A stretch of DNA of 64,000 bases, taken from NCBI GenBank assembly GCA_951406725.2, contig OX597819.1, forward strand, positions 105,958,001 through 106,022,000, written 5' to 3'. The DNA comes from Octopus vulgaris (taxonomy: Eukaryota). The notes beneath the pieces were generated by a model. The model was not told the DNA's origin. It saw only the letters and a list, made by a program, of their open reading frames with translations, and made no database searches. Positions 1 to 13,500 of the stretch are shown here, piece by piece (position 1 is the stretch's first letter; every line of letters starts with the position of its first letter). The position numbers and the translations under genes were made by a program.

Positions 1-954
1 CTGATGAAATTTGTGTACGTGAAATGGGGGATTATTTGTAAAAAAGAGATTTGGGAAGGTGTGTAAAGACAACTGGACCCAACTAGGGGGGGGGGATCGT
101 TATTTAAGGCGGATGTGTGCGTCAGAAAGGAAAATTTATGATAACCATGATGGTGGTGTAAGAAGTGAATGAATGCATACAAAAGAGAAAGCAGACAGGT
201 TCGTGATAAATTGGTAAGACGAAAATGAAGAATAAATTGTTCATTGTAATCCGATGGTATTCTGTGAAACTTCTAAAAAGTTAGAATCTAATGTCGAAAA
301 TCGAAGAATGTAATGCAGGAAATCCGAGAGCAAGGATAGAATTCCATGGTGTGTGAAATAGAATGGAAATTATGCAGCAATGTGATTAGGTGAATGTGTG
401 AATCAACAAGCATTACTGCCAATAAGGAAGCAATGGAAAAAACGTTGAAACCTTAATATAGTAATTAGGTTGACGACCATAAAATAGTAATCGAAGACAC
501 ACTAAAACATATCCTACATACACACACACATATATAATATATATATGTTTATATATTTGGAATTTAACCTTTGACGTCTGGCTTTCCTTACTTTACAAAT
601 TTCGTTGCGGCAGATTTTCAACAGCTAGACGTTCGTTCTATCACTAACTTTCAAATGTTTTCAAGCAATAGAATACTTTCAATAGCCTGTATGACAATGT
701 GGTTTATTTCCATTAAGCGAGTAATAACTAGACAAGACACAAACACATACAGACATACAAACATGCTCACACACTTACAAAATTATGTATATGCATGCTT
801 GTATGTATGTTTCATGTGTCCATGTGCTAAATTCACTCAAAATGCCTTAATCGGACTGGGGTTGTTGTCAATAACATTTGCCGAAATTGCCGTACAGTGA
901 AATTGAACTTGGAAGTCGGTGTTTTTGAAGTGAACTTCTTGACTACACAGCCAT

Positions 955-1843
955 GTGTAAGGGCACCCAAAAGAAACCGGAATTTTGCACTATTATTTCA
1001 TTCACTTAGTTTTACAAGTTTACACCTTTACCGCATTCAAATTATTCTCCATTTGAAGCAATGCATCGGTCCAAACATGTTTTCCACTTTTCGAAGCGGT
1101 GCTGGAACTCTTGTGAAATGATGCCTTTCAACACCTCCGTCCTTTTTTGTTCTTCACCTCTACAACATCTGCAAATTCCATAGCACCAGCTTTAATCAGA
1201 AATGAAGGCATTTGAAAAAAAGGTCGAGATCAACTTCCAACTTCTCTCAGTTCCCGACACGCATTCCGTCGTGACTGCTTTTGATCTTCCATGAATAAGT
1301 GAGGCACACATTTTGCTACAACTCTTTTCATCTGCAATTCCTTGCTCAAAATTCATTGGCAGGAGCTCCAGGACACACTAGTCGGTCATATCAACAAGTT
1401 CGTCAGTTGTCCAGTGGCGGCCCTCCAAGATTAGTTTATGAAGTTTTGTGATGTTTTCATTAGTTCGGGATGTCGATTGTTGTTCTGAACGAGGTCGGTC
1501 TTCAACTGACATGTGACCATTCCGAAAGCATGAAGACCACAGGTAAACATGTGTTGTGCTTATAGCAGTGTCCTTGTGAGCTGTTTCAAGCGTGGCAACT
1601 GTTTCAGTTTTCATTTCCCCCAGTAGAAAACAGAATTTCACAGAAACACACTGTTCCTTCGTTCCAGCCATCGCAAATTTGACGAACAGGGGAGAAGCAC
1701 TGCAAAACAAAGACGCATCATGTGGCAATACGACGTTAATCGACGACAACAGTTGGCAGGCCGATGCCTAAGGACAGCATCAAGTGGTTTCTACAAGTCC
1801 GAACTACAAGAGAACATTTCCGGTTCCTTTTGGGTACTCCGTC

Positions 1844-1845
<2 letters not shown>
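955..1845 (-). mobile_element. Internally deleted mariner DNA transposon with imperfect TIRs
   Basis: ORF 1378-1749 gives a mariner N-terminal HTH region (EQCVSVKFCFLLG...ETVATLETAHKD...VYLWSSCFRNG..SVEDRPRS..STSRT.ENI). The C-terminal remnant near 1040-1095 reads FEKWKTCLDRCIASNGE. TIRs: gggcacccaaaagaaaccggaa at 961 and ttccggttccttttgggtactc at ~1818. Confidence 0.85.
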
Positions 1846-1874
<29 letters not shown>

Positions 1875-2079
1875 ACGGACAGAGTCAAGACTATTGAAAA
1901 GGTTGCAAGACGCTGCGAAAATTTTAGGAAATGTAATCAGAATTTTCCTTGGCAGCGCTGAGGGACATTGTAAACAGAAATGGCTGTTAGAAGTGATAAC
2001 GTTTTGTATTAAAAACTAATAATCGATGGTAGCCAATTTTTTTGTTGATCGAGAATTTTCTTCATTTTCTGCTTAATTT

Positions 2080-2330
<251 letters not shown>

Positions 2331-2674
2331 TCTCTACTTGTTTGTATGTACTTATGTATTTAACCGCTTACTAGTTCATTATACTGTGGTCATATTGGGG
2401 CACCTCCTTGAACGGTTTTAGTCGAGTGAATCGCCTCCAGTCCAGCAAATGGGTTGTTTCACTATTTATATATTGTCATAGACTTGTGGGAGGTAAGAAA
2501 AGGGAAGCTGGGAATGAAAGACCTCGTGAAGATGAAACACAAGGTGAGCTAGGCGGAATTTGAACTCAGATCTAAGCGAGCCTGAAACAATATCGATAAC
2601 CGTTACTTCCTTACTCAAAGGACCGCTAACATACATACATACATACAGACATAAATACATACATACGAATAAAT

Positions 2675-2890
2675 TCTTCTCTGCTCTAGGCACAAGGTCC
2701 GAAAATTTTGGAGAGGAGGCCAGACGAGTAGTTCGACCACAATACGAAACTAGTACTTAATTCATCGACCCCAAAAGAATGAAAGGCAAAGTCGTCCTTG
2801 GCGGAATATGAACTCAGAACATAAAGACAAACGAAATACCGCTAAGCATTTCGCTCGGCGTGCTAACGTTTCTGCCAACTCGCCGGCTTA
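2675..2890 (-). mobile_element. tRNA-derived SINE family A, monomer
   Basis: Minus strand shows an A-box-like tggcagaaacg, a B-box-like gttcatattcc and the body gcctttcattcttttggggtcgat. Many copies occur in this window. Confidence 0.85.
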
Positions 2891-3079
2891 ATACATATGA
2901 ATAAATTGATTTAAAAAAATGCACACACACACACATTTATATTTTTAAAATAAACACGACCAAAATGCCCAGTCATGAATTATTGACGGGTAATATATAT
3001 TTACACATACGCACATAAATGCATGCATGTGTATTTGTGTCAGTGTATGTATTTGCATATGTACGAGTATATCTATTCA

Positions 3080-3450
<371 letters not shown>

Positions 3451-3791
3451 AAGAGGAATGAATGTAAAAATACATTACGCAGGTTATATCGTAAACAATT
3501 TCAAAATTATTTACGAATATGTCAGTGGCCAGAACATGTAATCAAAAATTTCTCCGTTATAATTGTGATTTATTCACATTTATACACTCTTCTTATATAT
3601 ACACGCTAATAAAACATCGCGTAATGTAACTGCTTTCGTTGTTGAAACATTTTAAAACAACCACTATACTATTTCAAGACTTCACTTCATACCACCTCAT
3701 ACCATTAACAATAGTATGAAGAAACTCGGATATAGAAATAATACGTTTCTAAATCTCTCAGAGAGATTTATGCAGTAGCAGCACGATAAAG

Positions 3792-4122
3792 TGATAGTAT
3801 GTTGTCAAATTATTGTGACAGTCCAATGAAAGGGAAGAACACTACTGTTATTTAGCCCTAGGATACACCGTTTCCTTTTGGACTTGGCACATTTCCTTCC
3901 GGAGTAGCATGCCATGCTACTCCGGACTGATGATTAAGGAGACTCTGAAACAAGTCTGTTGAGGCTGGCTTTGTTGGGTAGAGGTGCTTATCTCCACTTT
4001 GTAAACATCAGGACACAGAAAATATGTCAAGTCCAACAGAAAACGGTGTTTCCTAGGCCTAAATAACAGTAGCATTCTTCCCTTTCATGGGACTGCCACA
4101 TTAAGTTGACAACATACTATCA
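3792..4122. repeat. Fold-back element with ~105-bp inverted arms and an internal perfect hairpin
   Basis: 3792-3897 is the approximate reverse complement of 4017-4122. The internal sequence tccggagtagcatg-c-catgctactccgga lies at 3898-3926. Confidence 0.9.
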
Positions 4123-4564
4123 TTAGAAACTCAGATGTTTGAAATTGAAATGTATGCAACCAGTAACATTGTAAATCTTGAAATATTAGTCGATAAAATA
4201 TACAAATACGCTTTACACGTGAACATTGTCATGTGCTTCCATTTTATATAATGATATTTGAAATTTTTGCTCATGTCTTCTTTGGCTATTGATTCAGTAA
4301 TCTCTTCATGTAAATCGATCACACAGCAAACACTATCGACGGGAACACGCATACCTATCGGAATTTCGTTTCAGGCGATAAATCTTCCCATATCATGAGA
4401 GAGCAACCTTACATTACTCTGAGCTAAAATGTTCTAACATGATCTTAATTTAATATCGTATATTCTGATGTTAATCTTTCTTCCACCAATTCATTCATAC
4501 ATACAAACAATCATACATACAACCATACATTCATACAAACAATTATACACACAAATATGCATAC

Positions 4565-5645
4565 ATACATGGGTTGGACAAAATAACGAGAATACCACTT
4601 TTTATTTAAATGTTTATTTTATTATCAACACGACAAACTTAGAACTCTTCTAGTCGGTATATATGTGATCATAAGCGTTGTGTATGACTTGTACTTCTTC
4701 GTAAAGCCCTCTGTTTTTCTTTTTCGGGTATTTATATCTAAATACGATAACATGCGCGAGCTGTCTGATTTACAAAGAGGACAAATACCTATCACTGGAT
4801 GACTGGAGGTTTAATCACTAAAACTCCTAAATTGCTCAATGTTTCGAGAGATAGCCTACAAAATCTGTTCGCATTTCCAAACCCAGGTAAAACCAACACA
4901 GACAAGCATAATTTCCAGACGGAAACCAAAGCTCACAGAAAGAGTCCTCAGAAGAGTAAAATGTATTGTATCTAAAAGTCATCGAAATACTGCAGAGCTA
5001 AACCACCACCTTTCCAACTCTGCACCGAATAATACCGTTCGTCGTGAGTTCCATAATTCTGTATACCATGGGAATCCTTCACTTGCTGAAACTCTCCCGT
5101 TTCCCATAACATTGATAAATGGTAAAAATGTTGTCTAGACTATCAAAAATAGTGACTGACTCAATGGAACAATATCATCTCTGATGAATGATCATTCACG
5201 CTTTATTCTTCTTTGGGGCGAGTTTATGTCAACACAATACCCTGAACGTTTAGTCCCCCATTCTGCATGAAAATGTCTCTATGGCTAATATGAGCAGCCA
5301 TATTATAGATATCCCTCGGTCATTTAGTCCTATTTTGCAGTGTTAACGAGAAGAGTTATCTGAATATTTTGGCTGATTATGTCTATCTTAGGGTACATCC
5401 ATTGTTCCCTGATAGTATGCCAGTTTTCCAGGACAATATTGTGTTGATTCACACGAAACTGGCACGAAGAGCAAAGTAAACTACCTGAATTGGTAGATGC
5501 CATATGATTACCCCATCAGTAATTACCGAATCTAAATATGGTGTTTGCTGAAGCATCACCTGAAAAACTGCTTCCCTCTGCCATGGTCGCTGAAAGAGTT
5601 AAAGCGGTTTTACTTGGAGTATAATACAAAATTCCTCTGACAACT
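4565..5645 (+). mobile_element. Degraded Tc1-like transposon
   Basis: Starts with TIR-like tacatgggttggacaaata. Broken reading frames give MRELSDLQRGQI (4752), LTERVLRRVKCIVSKSHRNTAELN, WNNIISDE..FTL...GRVYV and FQDN..LIHT, typical of Tc1 DD34E transposases. Confidence 0.8.
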
Positions 5646-5647
5646 TG

Positions 5648-6823
5648 CACAGGTGAATTATTCCACCAATTAAATTTAATTTTTAATTTTACGGAAACCC
5701 ACGTTTTCGGCTATGGAAATTCCGATTCTGAAAAAAAAAAAAAAAGGCAAAATTTGCAACTTCAAAATTTCAATTTCAGCTTCCGCCCCCACCCCACCTC
5801 CCCCATTTCTTCATTTTTCACTTTCTTCAGAAATCTTTTGCAGTGGTTATTTTTGTGTAATTATATTCAGGAACATCTTCACAAAAAATACATAAAGTAT
5901 CATCATCATCTAATATCCATGTTCTTGCTGGCATGGACTGGACTGATGTCATAACACCATCCACTTTACAGCATGAATTGGGTGCTTTTTTTTCATACCA
6001 CCTGACTATTGAGGTTGCCATATGCCTCGTAGACTACAAATCTAATTTTGTGCAGAGGACCAGTGTAGTTACTAATATCTAGTAAGGGAAAACGGTAAAA
6101 ATCCCCTTTGGCCATAAATGTTCATGAGATTGCACCTAGAAAGTCCCCCTCTATGGTAGAAGTCCGGGCAAATTCGTTTGTGGGAGGCTGGCACTCACCC
6201 ATGTATAACAGCCTACCCTCTCCATGCCACCAATGTTATCCAAGGGAAAGGCAAAGACTGATACAACAAAGCATTCCATACAGATTCTGTACGTATGTGC
6301 CAGAAAGAGTTTGTGTGAAAATTGACTGTTATTTCTAGGATATGAATAGCCTGCTTGAAGGCCGTAGAATCGGGAGGGGAGGGGTTGAGATAATTTTTTT
6401 CTGTTTTGGAAAAATTGAAATTTTACAAACAATTTTTTTTCTTTTCAGAATCATAGTCTCCGTATTTTTCTACGTATTTCAATCAAACATTTTCTGAAAA
6501 AAGTGAAAAATGAAAAAGGACGTGGGTGTGAAATTCAAATTTTGAAGTTGCGATTTTTGCCAATTTTTTTTTTTCAGAATCTGAATCTTCATAGCCGAAA
6601 ACGTGGGTTTCTGTAAAAAAACATTAAAAAATGATAATAAATAAATGTAGTAAGAGGGGATGGGTGACTTCTCCGCCATGTGCTCCGCCATGTGCTCCGC
6701 CATGTGCTCCGCCATGTGCTCATTGTCGGTTTCTGTTAGTGCTCGGAAAGCTCTATCATCGGCAAAAATACTTATAGGCTGAGGCATACTTAGATACCCA
6801 GGTAAATAAATTGATCACCCTGA
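5648..6823. mobile_element. Non-autonomous TIR element with ~150-bp subterminal inverted repeats and nested retroelement fragments
   Basis: 5680-5840 (gaaacccacgttttcggctatg...gcaacttcaaaattt...catttttcacttt) is inverted at 6483-6630. Outer ends resemble caggtg / caccctg. The interior 5895-6265 resembles interspersed retroelement ends. Confidence 0.7.
6671..6721. repeat. 12-bp tandem repeat (ctccgccatgtg) x4
   Basis: Four perfect copies. Confidence 0.95.
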
Positions 6824-7347
6824 ATAAAAGCTCTGTAACTAGCAAGAAAATGCAGAGGGACGCGTAACTCCAGTGTACTCAGCAACGTACTAACAATACA
6901 GCATGATTTAATGTATGCATTCCGATATACATAATACATAAATACAGTCATAAAACACACGTATATTTACATTTACACATACACACATACATGCATACAT
7001 ACATATGTATATATAAAATTATAATGATGGGTATCTGAGAGATACTACTACGCTCGAAATAGCAGTCAAAACCTGACTCTAAAACCACATCATGTATTCA
7101 TGCAGTACAAGGTGAAAAGATAAATAGACAAATAATTATAATTTAATTATAATTTTAATAATAATTATTACTTATAAGGTTTTTCTTCCCACGCTGGCCA
7201 CCTGATATGATCGTTATTTTAAATGACGGTCTTATCCTTATCTATATAAAAGTATATATATACATACATACACACATGTATACATATATACATACACACA
7301 CACATGTATACGTATATATACATACATTCTAATCAACCTCTATATAT

Positions 7348-8241
7348 GAAGAGCGATTATACCAACTTTTGCACGAAATTTCTCTTCAACCGACAAGGGA
7401 ATTGGCAGAGAAAATAGAATGCTCCCACACTGCTATAGAGAAGCATCTTCATTCGATGGCAAAGGTTCAGAAGTATGGAACATGGGTTCTGCATGCTTTA
7501 AGTGACAACAACAAAAAATCAACGAACCACAATATCTGCTGGTTTGCTTGCTCGTTACGGCTCAACTCATGGAAAAAGCAACGATTTCTTTACCGAATCG
7601 TTACTGGCGACAAAAAGTGGTGCCTGTACATCAATATGAAGCAGCATAAGGAATGGCTTAGCCCCAGTAAACAAGTGACATCACGCGTGAAACAATATCT
7701 TCATCCGCATAAAATGAAGCTGTGCATATGATGGGACAGGGAAGGGACTATCCATTACGAATTGCTTGAACGGGACCAAACGGTCAACGCGGAACTCTAT
7801 GTTCAACAGATGGAACAACTCAACACGGCTATTCAAGAGAAAAGACTTAATCGTCAGCATGGAGTTTTGCTGTACGACAACGCCCGCCCTCATATCACCA
7901 ATATGACAAAAGAAGCCATTCAAACGCATGGCTGGGAAGTGCTGTCGCACCCGCCGTACTCTCCTGATTTGGCACCAACGAATTTCCACCTCTTTCGATC
8001 TCTTTCAAATGCTATGCGTGGAGTTTCGTTCAATACTGATGGAGATTGGGAGCCTCGTCGGATCAATTTTCCTAGTCGAAATCGGGTGATTTCTACGAAC
8101 GAGGTATTGAAAATCTTGTTGAACATTGGGAAGAAGTTGCAAACAACAAGGGTGAATACATTATTGATTAATTAGTTGTTATCTATTTTATTAAACCTTT
8201 AAAATAATTTAAATTTAAAAAACTTAGTTGCCAACACAATA
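7348..8241 (+). mobile_element. 5'-truncated mariner (DD34D) transposase pseudogene with right TIR
   Basis: Motifs WVLHAL (WVPHEL-like), RIVTGDKKW, LYDNARPH and HPPYSPDLAPTNFHLFRSL, with stops and frameshifts. Ends acttagttgccaacacaata. Confidence 0.93.
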
Positions 8242-8527
8242 TATGACTACTTTGCAATAAAGAGAGAATCAAGTTTACAGAAATAATATACAGAGGTAAA
8301 AAGCAATAAATTTCATATTTCTTCACGATCTTCTAGGGTTCTAGTTTGAAATATACATTGAAATATGAAGACAAATGGTACACTGTCAGCGGAACTACAA
8401 AACTTAAATACCTGTTTGTTTTCAATTTATATATGTACCTAAGTTTTGCTTTGAGATATTGATGATATTAATGACGACGAAAACAGCAGTAACAACTACA
8501 GAAACTAAAGCAACAACAATAATAATA

Positions 8528-9090
8528 ATCCTTTCTACTGGAAGCACAACTGGTTCTAATTTTATCGACCCCAAAAGGATGAAAGGCAAAGTCAACCTCG
8601 GCGGAATTTGAACTCAGAGCGTAACGGCAGACGAAATACCTATTTCTTTACTACCCACAGGGGGATAAACACATAGAGGACAAACAAGGACAGACAAACG
8701 GATTAAGTCGATTATATCGACCCCAGGGCGTAACCGGTACTTATTTAATCGACCCCGAAAGGATGAAAGGCAAAGTCGATTTCGGCGGAATTTGAACTCA
8801 GAACGTAACGGCAGACGAAATACCGCTAAACTTTTAGCCCGGCGTGCTAACGTTTCTTATTTCTTTATTGCCCACAATGAGCTAAACATATAGGGGACAA
8901 ACAAGGACAGACAAAGGGATTAACTCGATTACATCGACTCCAGTGCGTAACTGGTACTTAATTTATAGACCCCGAAAGGATCAAAGGCAAAGTCGATCCC
9001 GGCGGAATTTGAACCCAGAACGTAACGGCAGACGAAATAGCGCTTTGCATTTCGCCCGGCGTGCTAACGTTTCTGCCAGCTCACCGCCTT
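8528..9090 (-). mobile_element. SINE family A, trimeric form
   Basis: One head (aaggcggtgagctggcagaaacg) followed by three tandem B-box/body units. Confidence 0.88.
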
Positions 9091-9099
9091 AATAATAAT

Positions 9100-9310
9100 A
9101 ATCCTTTCTATAATAGGTAGAAGGGGAGGGGACTAGTCGATTACATGGACCCCGGTGTTCAACTGGGGTCAACTGGTACTTATTTAATCGACCCCGAAAT
9201 AATGAAAGGCGAAGTTGACCTCGGCAAAATTTGAACTCAGAACATAAAGAATGAAATGCCGCTAAAGATTTTTCCCAGTGTGTTAACGATTCTACCATTT
9301 CGCCGCCTTA
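9100..9310 (-). mobile_element. SINE family A monomer
   Basis: Same head, B-box and body as the other copies, with an (AAT)n flank. Confidence 0.85.
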
Positions 9311-9324
9311 CCAGATAGTGGCTC

Positions 9325-9770
9325 TAATGGATTTTGATCTGAACTGATTGGAAGTGTTATCGTGTACATGTTTTGTCTTGGTATAAAAGATAGGTTACAG
9401 CAAATAGTCTGAGTGTATGAAAGCGTGTAAACAAATTAAGGTTAGATAGGATTTTACTTGAGACTGACCATGAAATTCAAGGAAGAGGACCAGATATTAT
9501 TATTCTGAACAAGGTTTCGAAATAATGAATAATCATAAATGTGGCTGTGACTGCTGCTATGAATACAGCGGTTAAAGAGCAGGAGAAAAAGGAAAATTCC
9601 AAAACTTGCCAAAGTAATCCTGGCAGTTATAGACACCCTATCTACCATTACCAGCAGACTTAGTAGTTTCCTTATCGCGATCGGTGTAACAACTAGAATA
9701 GCATTAAAACAGAAATTTGCTCTATTAGGAAGGGCAAGGATTGTACGAAAAGTCTTCGATATATTTAAGG
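9325..9770 (+). mobile_element. R4/Dong-like LINE 3' relic (restriction-like endonuclease region)
   Basis: Degenerate PDIII, KEQEKKE..QNL and KQKFALLGRARIVRKV motifs. 9335-9410 is shared with the element at 30385. Confidence 0.6.
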
Positions 9771-9859
9771 AAATATTAGTAAATCGGTATCAAGCATATT
9801 GATTTCAAATTTAACGCATTGGTGTATACCATTAGATAATAATTATATTCCATTTTAAT

Positions 9860-10245
9860 ATGGACGTAAAGTCTGACGTTTGGGGAGGGGATTAATCGAT
9901 TATATCGGCTCTAGTGCTCAGCTGTTACTTATTTCATCGTTCCGAAAGTTTGAAAGGTAAAGTCAAAATTTGAGCTCAGAACACGAAGACGGACGAAATG
10001 CCACCAAGCATTTCGTTCGTCTTCATCCTAACTATTCTTACCGCTCGCCATCTTTTAAATAATAATATTAATAGTTTTTAGTTTAGTCATAAAGCTAGAG
10101 GGTCGGATTTATCAATTAAGTAGTCCCCATTGTGAAAGTACGAAGTTTAAATTTGACCTTGCGGAATTTAAACTTACACATAAAGATAAAGAACAAACGC
10201 TACAAAATATTTTTCGCCTGTTTAACCATCCTCGTAGCTTGCCGT
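9860..10245 (-). mobile_element. Two degraded SINE family A copies
   Basis: Motifs such as gaaaggtaaagtcaaaatttgagctcagaac and gcggaatttaaact. Confidence 0.65.
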
Positions 10246-10559
10246 TTTATTTCTTTTCTTTTCTTTTTAATACCCATTTGTATTTCAATATATATTCGTT
10301 TTTTTCTGTTTGTATATTATTTTGTTATTTTGGTTTTAATGTCAAAAGAGCAGCGGGTGACATGAAACGAGACATCGTTAACTTCAATAATCGGAAGAAT
10401 GTCTTTTTAGATCGATAACGTAACAATAGGAAATTTCGAAAACAAACGACAAAAATGTTGAAAACAATTGTATAGTTAATGTATTCAAAATATTATTGAA
10501 ATATAATTGCTTTGTGTCTAACATAAGTTATTCATTGCACAGGTTCACCCTACGATCCA

Positions 10560-13500
10560 ACACGTGTAAACACAACTACGGAGCTTAAGTCAAGTCTTCA
10601 TCACTCTAAAACAGTCCATGTCAAGAAGAAATTCCAAACATGAAAACAGTACCATTTCCATTATGATTATTGCAAAATTCTTACACTGATATTGATGCAT
10701 AAAATCTACAAAGTATATAATTTGTAATATCGTGAATAATACATAAATATTGTCTTGAAAAAGACGAACAGCAAGCGACAAAAATTCAAATTATTAGAAT
10801 AAAATCGTTTAAGTCATAAGCTGTGAGAAGGTAAGAAGGAAACACCGAAAAACGAAACCCTTTGTACAGAGAGAATACTGACAAAGATATCCGAAACAGA
10901 ATTACGGAAACGAAGATCTGTCTAAAAGTGAACGTTAAAAAGTTTTAAGAATACGAAATTCTAAACACGGGAAATTTGAAACTGACTATAGTCTGAAGGT
11001 GTAAATATTTAAAGAATTAAAATTGATATATATATATATATTTCTACGGACCAATGAAATAATCTGTTTCAAATATAAAACTTACGAACAATTGTAACTA
11101 CAATAAGAAAGCAAACCTTACCATGATAGACTTGGTGAAAACAGATGTGGACATCAATACGATCGAAAATAAATTAAATAATAGATGACAGTGTCACAGC
11201 AGTTTCAAACTAAAAGTGAGAACTCTTTGTAAAAACTACTCAAAGGTGCACCAATGTGGAAAATAAGTATACAGAGAATAATAGAATATAAAATATCTCT
11301 TAATCCTGAATAAAAATCAATAATGGCAGCAGAGAATAAAAAGATATAAGATATATTACAGAAACACAACATAACAAAATATAAGAAATAACCAAAATTA
11401 AATAATAATGCCAAAAACAATAGTTAGTTTTCCTAACGACGGAATCCTTGCGTAAATCGCAAAGAATCCGTCTTTATGAAAACAAGAAAAAAATGAAATC
11501 GATTCTTCGAAAAAAAAAGTTGGTGTGACGCCAACAAAATAAATTTTTTCCAATAACTAAGTAAAACCAAAATAGAAATCAATTGAGCACCGACAGCAAG
11601 TAGAACAAGTACGATAATTTATCAGGCTCACATAAAGTTTTGGTAAAAACTTTTAATGATTCACGAAAAGAATTAGAGTGACACTCGACTGGTTCACTGA
11701 GAAGAAAAAGAAAACCATCTTAATCCGCAACATTAAAGAAATAATAAACCCCCAAATTTATTCACAGCTATCTCGTCTGCCTAAAGCTTACAAAAACTCA
11801 AATAAAAACTGCAAATAACAGATAATAAATGATTATCCGAAAATAAATCTACATCACTTCCAATAGATTAAAATAGATGACGCACAAATATATTTTTGTA
11901 GTAAGTATCAAATATTACTTATCATCAAAACTAGGTATAGCTTCTTCTAATGGTTATATTACATCTATTCTGAAATAATAAACAAACAAACAAAAAATAA
12001 AGAAACTGATATTATTTTAACGGTTCTCTATATCTAGCTCATCACCATCATTAACTTTTATCTTTGTAATAGAAAAAAAAATTCATTAGATACTTACACC
12101 CTTAGATGATTGTCAGTTTCAAATTTTCCCTTATTTCTTTCATTATTAAAGAATACTGCCGTTAGTATATCAAAGCTGGTGCAACTTTTGATATTCTTCA
12201 TCTTCTTGAATGAGAGCCAAAGCGATTTTCCGACTTTGAACTCATTTGGCTGCTAAACCTCAATCTCTGTCATCATCTTTCAAATAATTCTCATTTGTTC
12301 ACTGTTGTTCTTTCATTTTGTAAGCAATGTTTCTACACTATTAGGTTCTAGCTACGAAAATCTGACACGTAGAACTCTTGTTCGTCGTATTTCTATGATA
12401 AATATATTTTTAATACTTTTAATTTTCGTATTGATTGTTTTATAGTTTTTCATGTAGTTTCACATTAATTTCTCTTTCTTTCGTAACTGCCAACAACGTA
12501 AATGTTGCTTCAATCTTGATGTATTGTTGGCTGCTTGCTATTGTACTGGGAGGGACTTTCAATAAAATATATATAAAAAAAGAAAACGATTTGGTATGCA
12601 TCGAAGCCTTTTGGCAATGTTTTGTATCCTTGGATTCACGAAATATTCGCCATGAGTAATGCACGTTTCATTAACAAGCATTTACTTTAGGCGTATGATT
12701 AATAATTGGCAAACCATTCAACAGATTAAACAAAAGAGAGAAGTATGAAAACGAATCTTATCCATATAGGAAAAGAAATACTCCAAGGGGATTCCTTCAA
12801 ATCCATACCTTGTTGGCATTGATGCATGTATGCAACATATACGAGACTCGGATCAAGTTACAAATATTATAGGAAGTCAATCAAACACCGTTTGCATATT
12901 AATGACCTCAAGTAGTACACGGCAAATAATAACCATATCGAGAACTATTATATACAGTCCAGGTTTCTGTGTAGAGAGACTGGCACGAAATTCAGCTTTA
13001 AAATATGCATCCAGGCACTTGAAGAGAGAAAACTAATAAAATGCTAATATGTTAAGCAAAGAAACACAGATAAGAGAAGTAGACCAAAAAGTGGGAATTA
13101 ATGAACACTATACAAATACTGGGAATTAATGAAAACTACAGAAGCAAACAAAAATAAAGTAGAGCTCGGGAAAGAACATTATAGTTGCATTAGATTAATT
13201 CAGAGTACATTGCCAAAAATAAAGAGAAATGCATCAGCATTCCAGCTAGTCTGGTATAAGGTTATATTTATAATATTTTCAATTAGACACTGACTGAATT
13301 AGAAAAGCTAAACAGGAAAAGAAAAAAAATAATGAATGCGTTAAGAATACATCAGCGTAAAACCAATACACAAAGATTACATGTACGAAAACTACTAGAC
13401 TTCTTCCTTTAGAGGAATATGAAATATCTATTATGAGAGCATAAAAATCTGTAGTAAATAATAATAGGAAAATAATCCAAATACAGACAGGACATGAACG

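Noticed and set aside
1-480. ctgatga...gaaa at the window start and a possible PLE 5' region
   Set aside because: There are no pairing stems or recognisable protein motifs, and the region is truncated by the window edge.
7369-8175. SETMAR-like host gene
   Set aside because: There is no SET domain, and the stops, frameshifts and TIR indicate a dead mariner.
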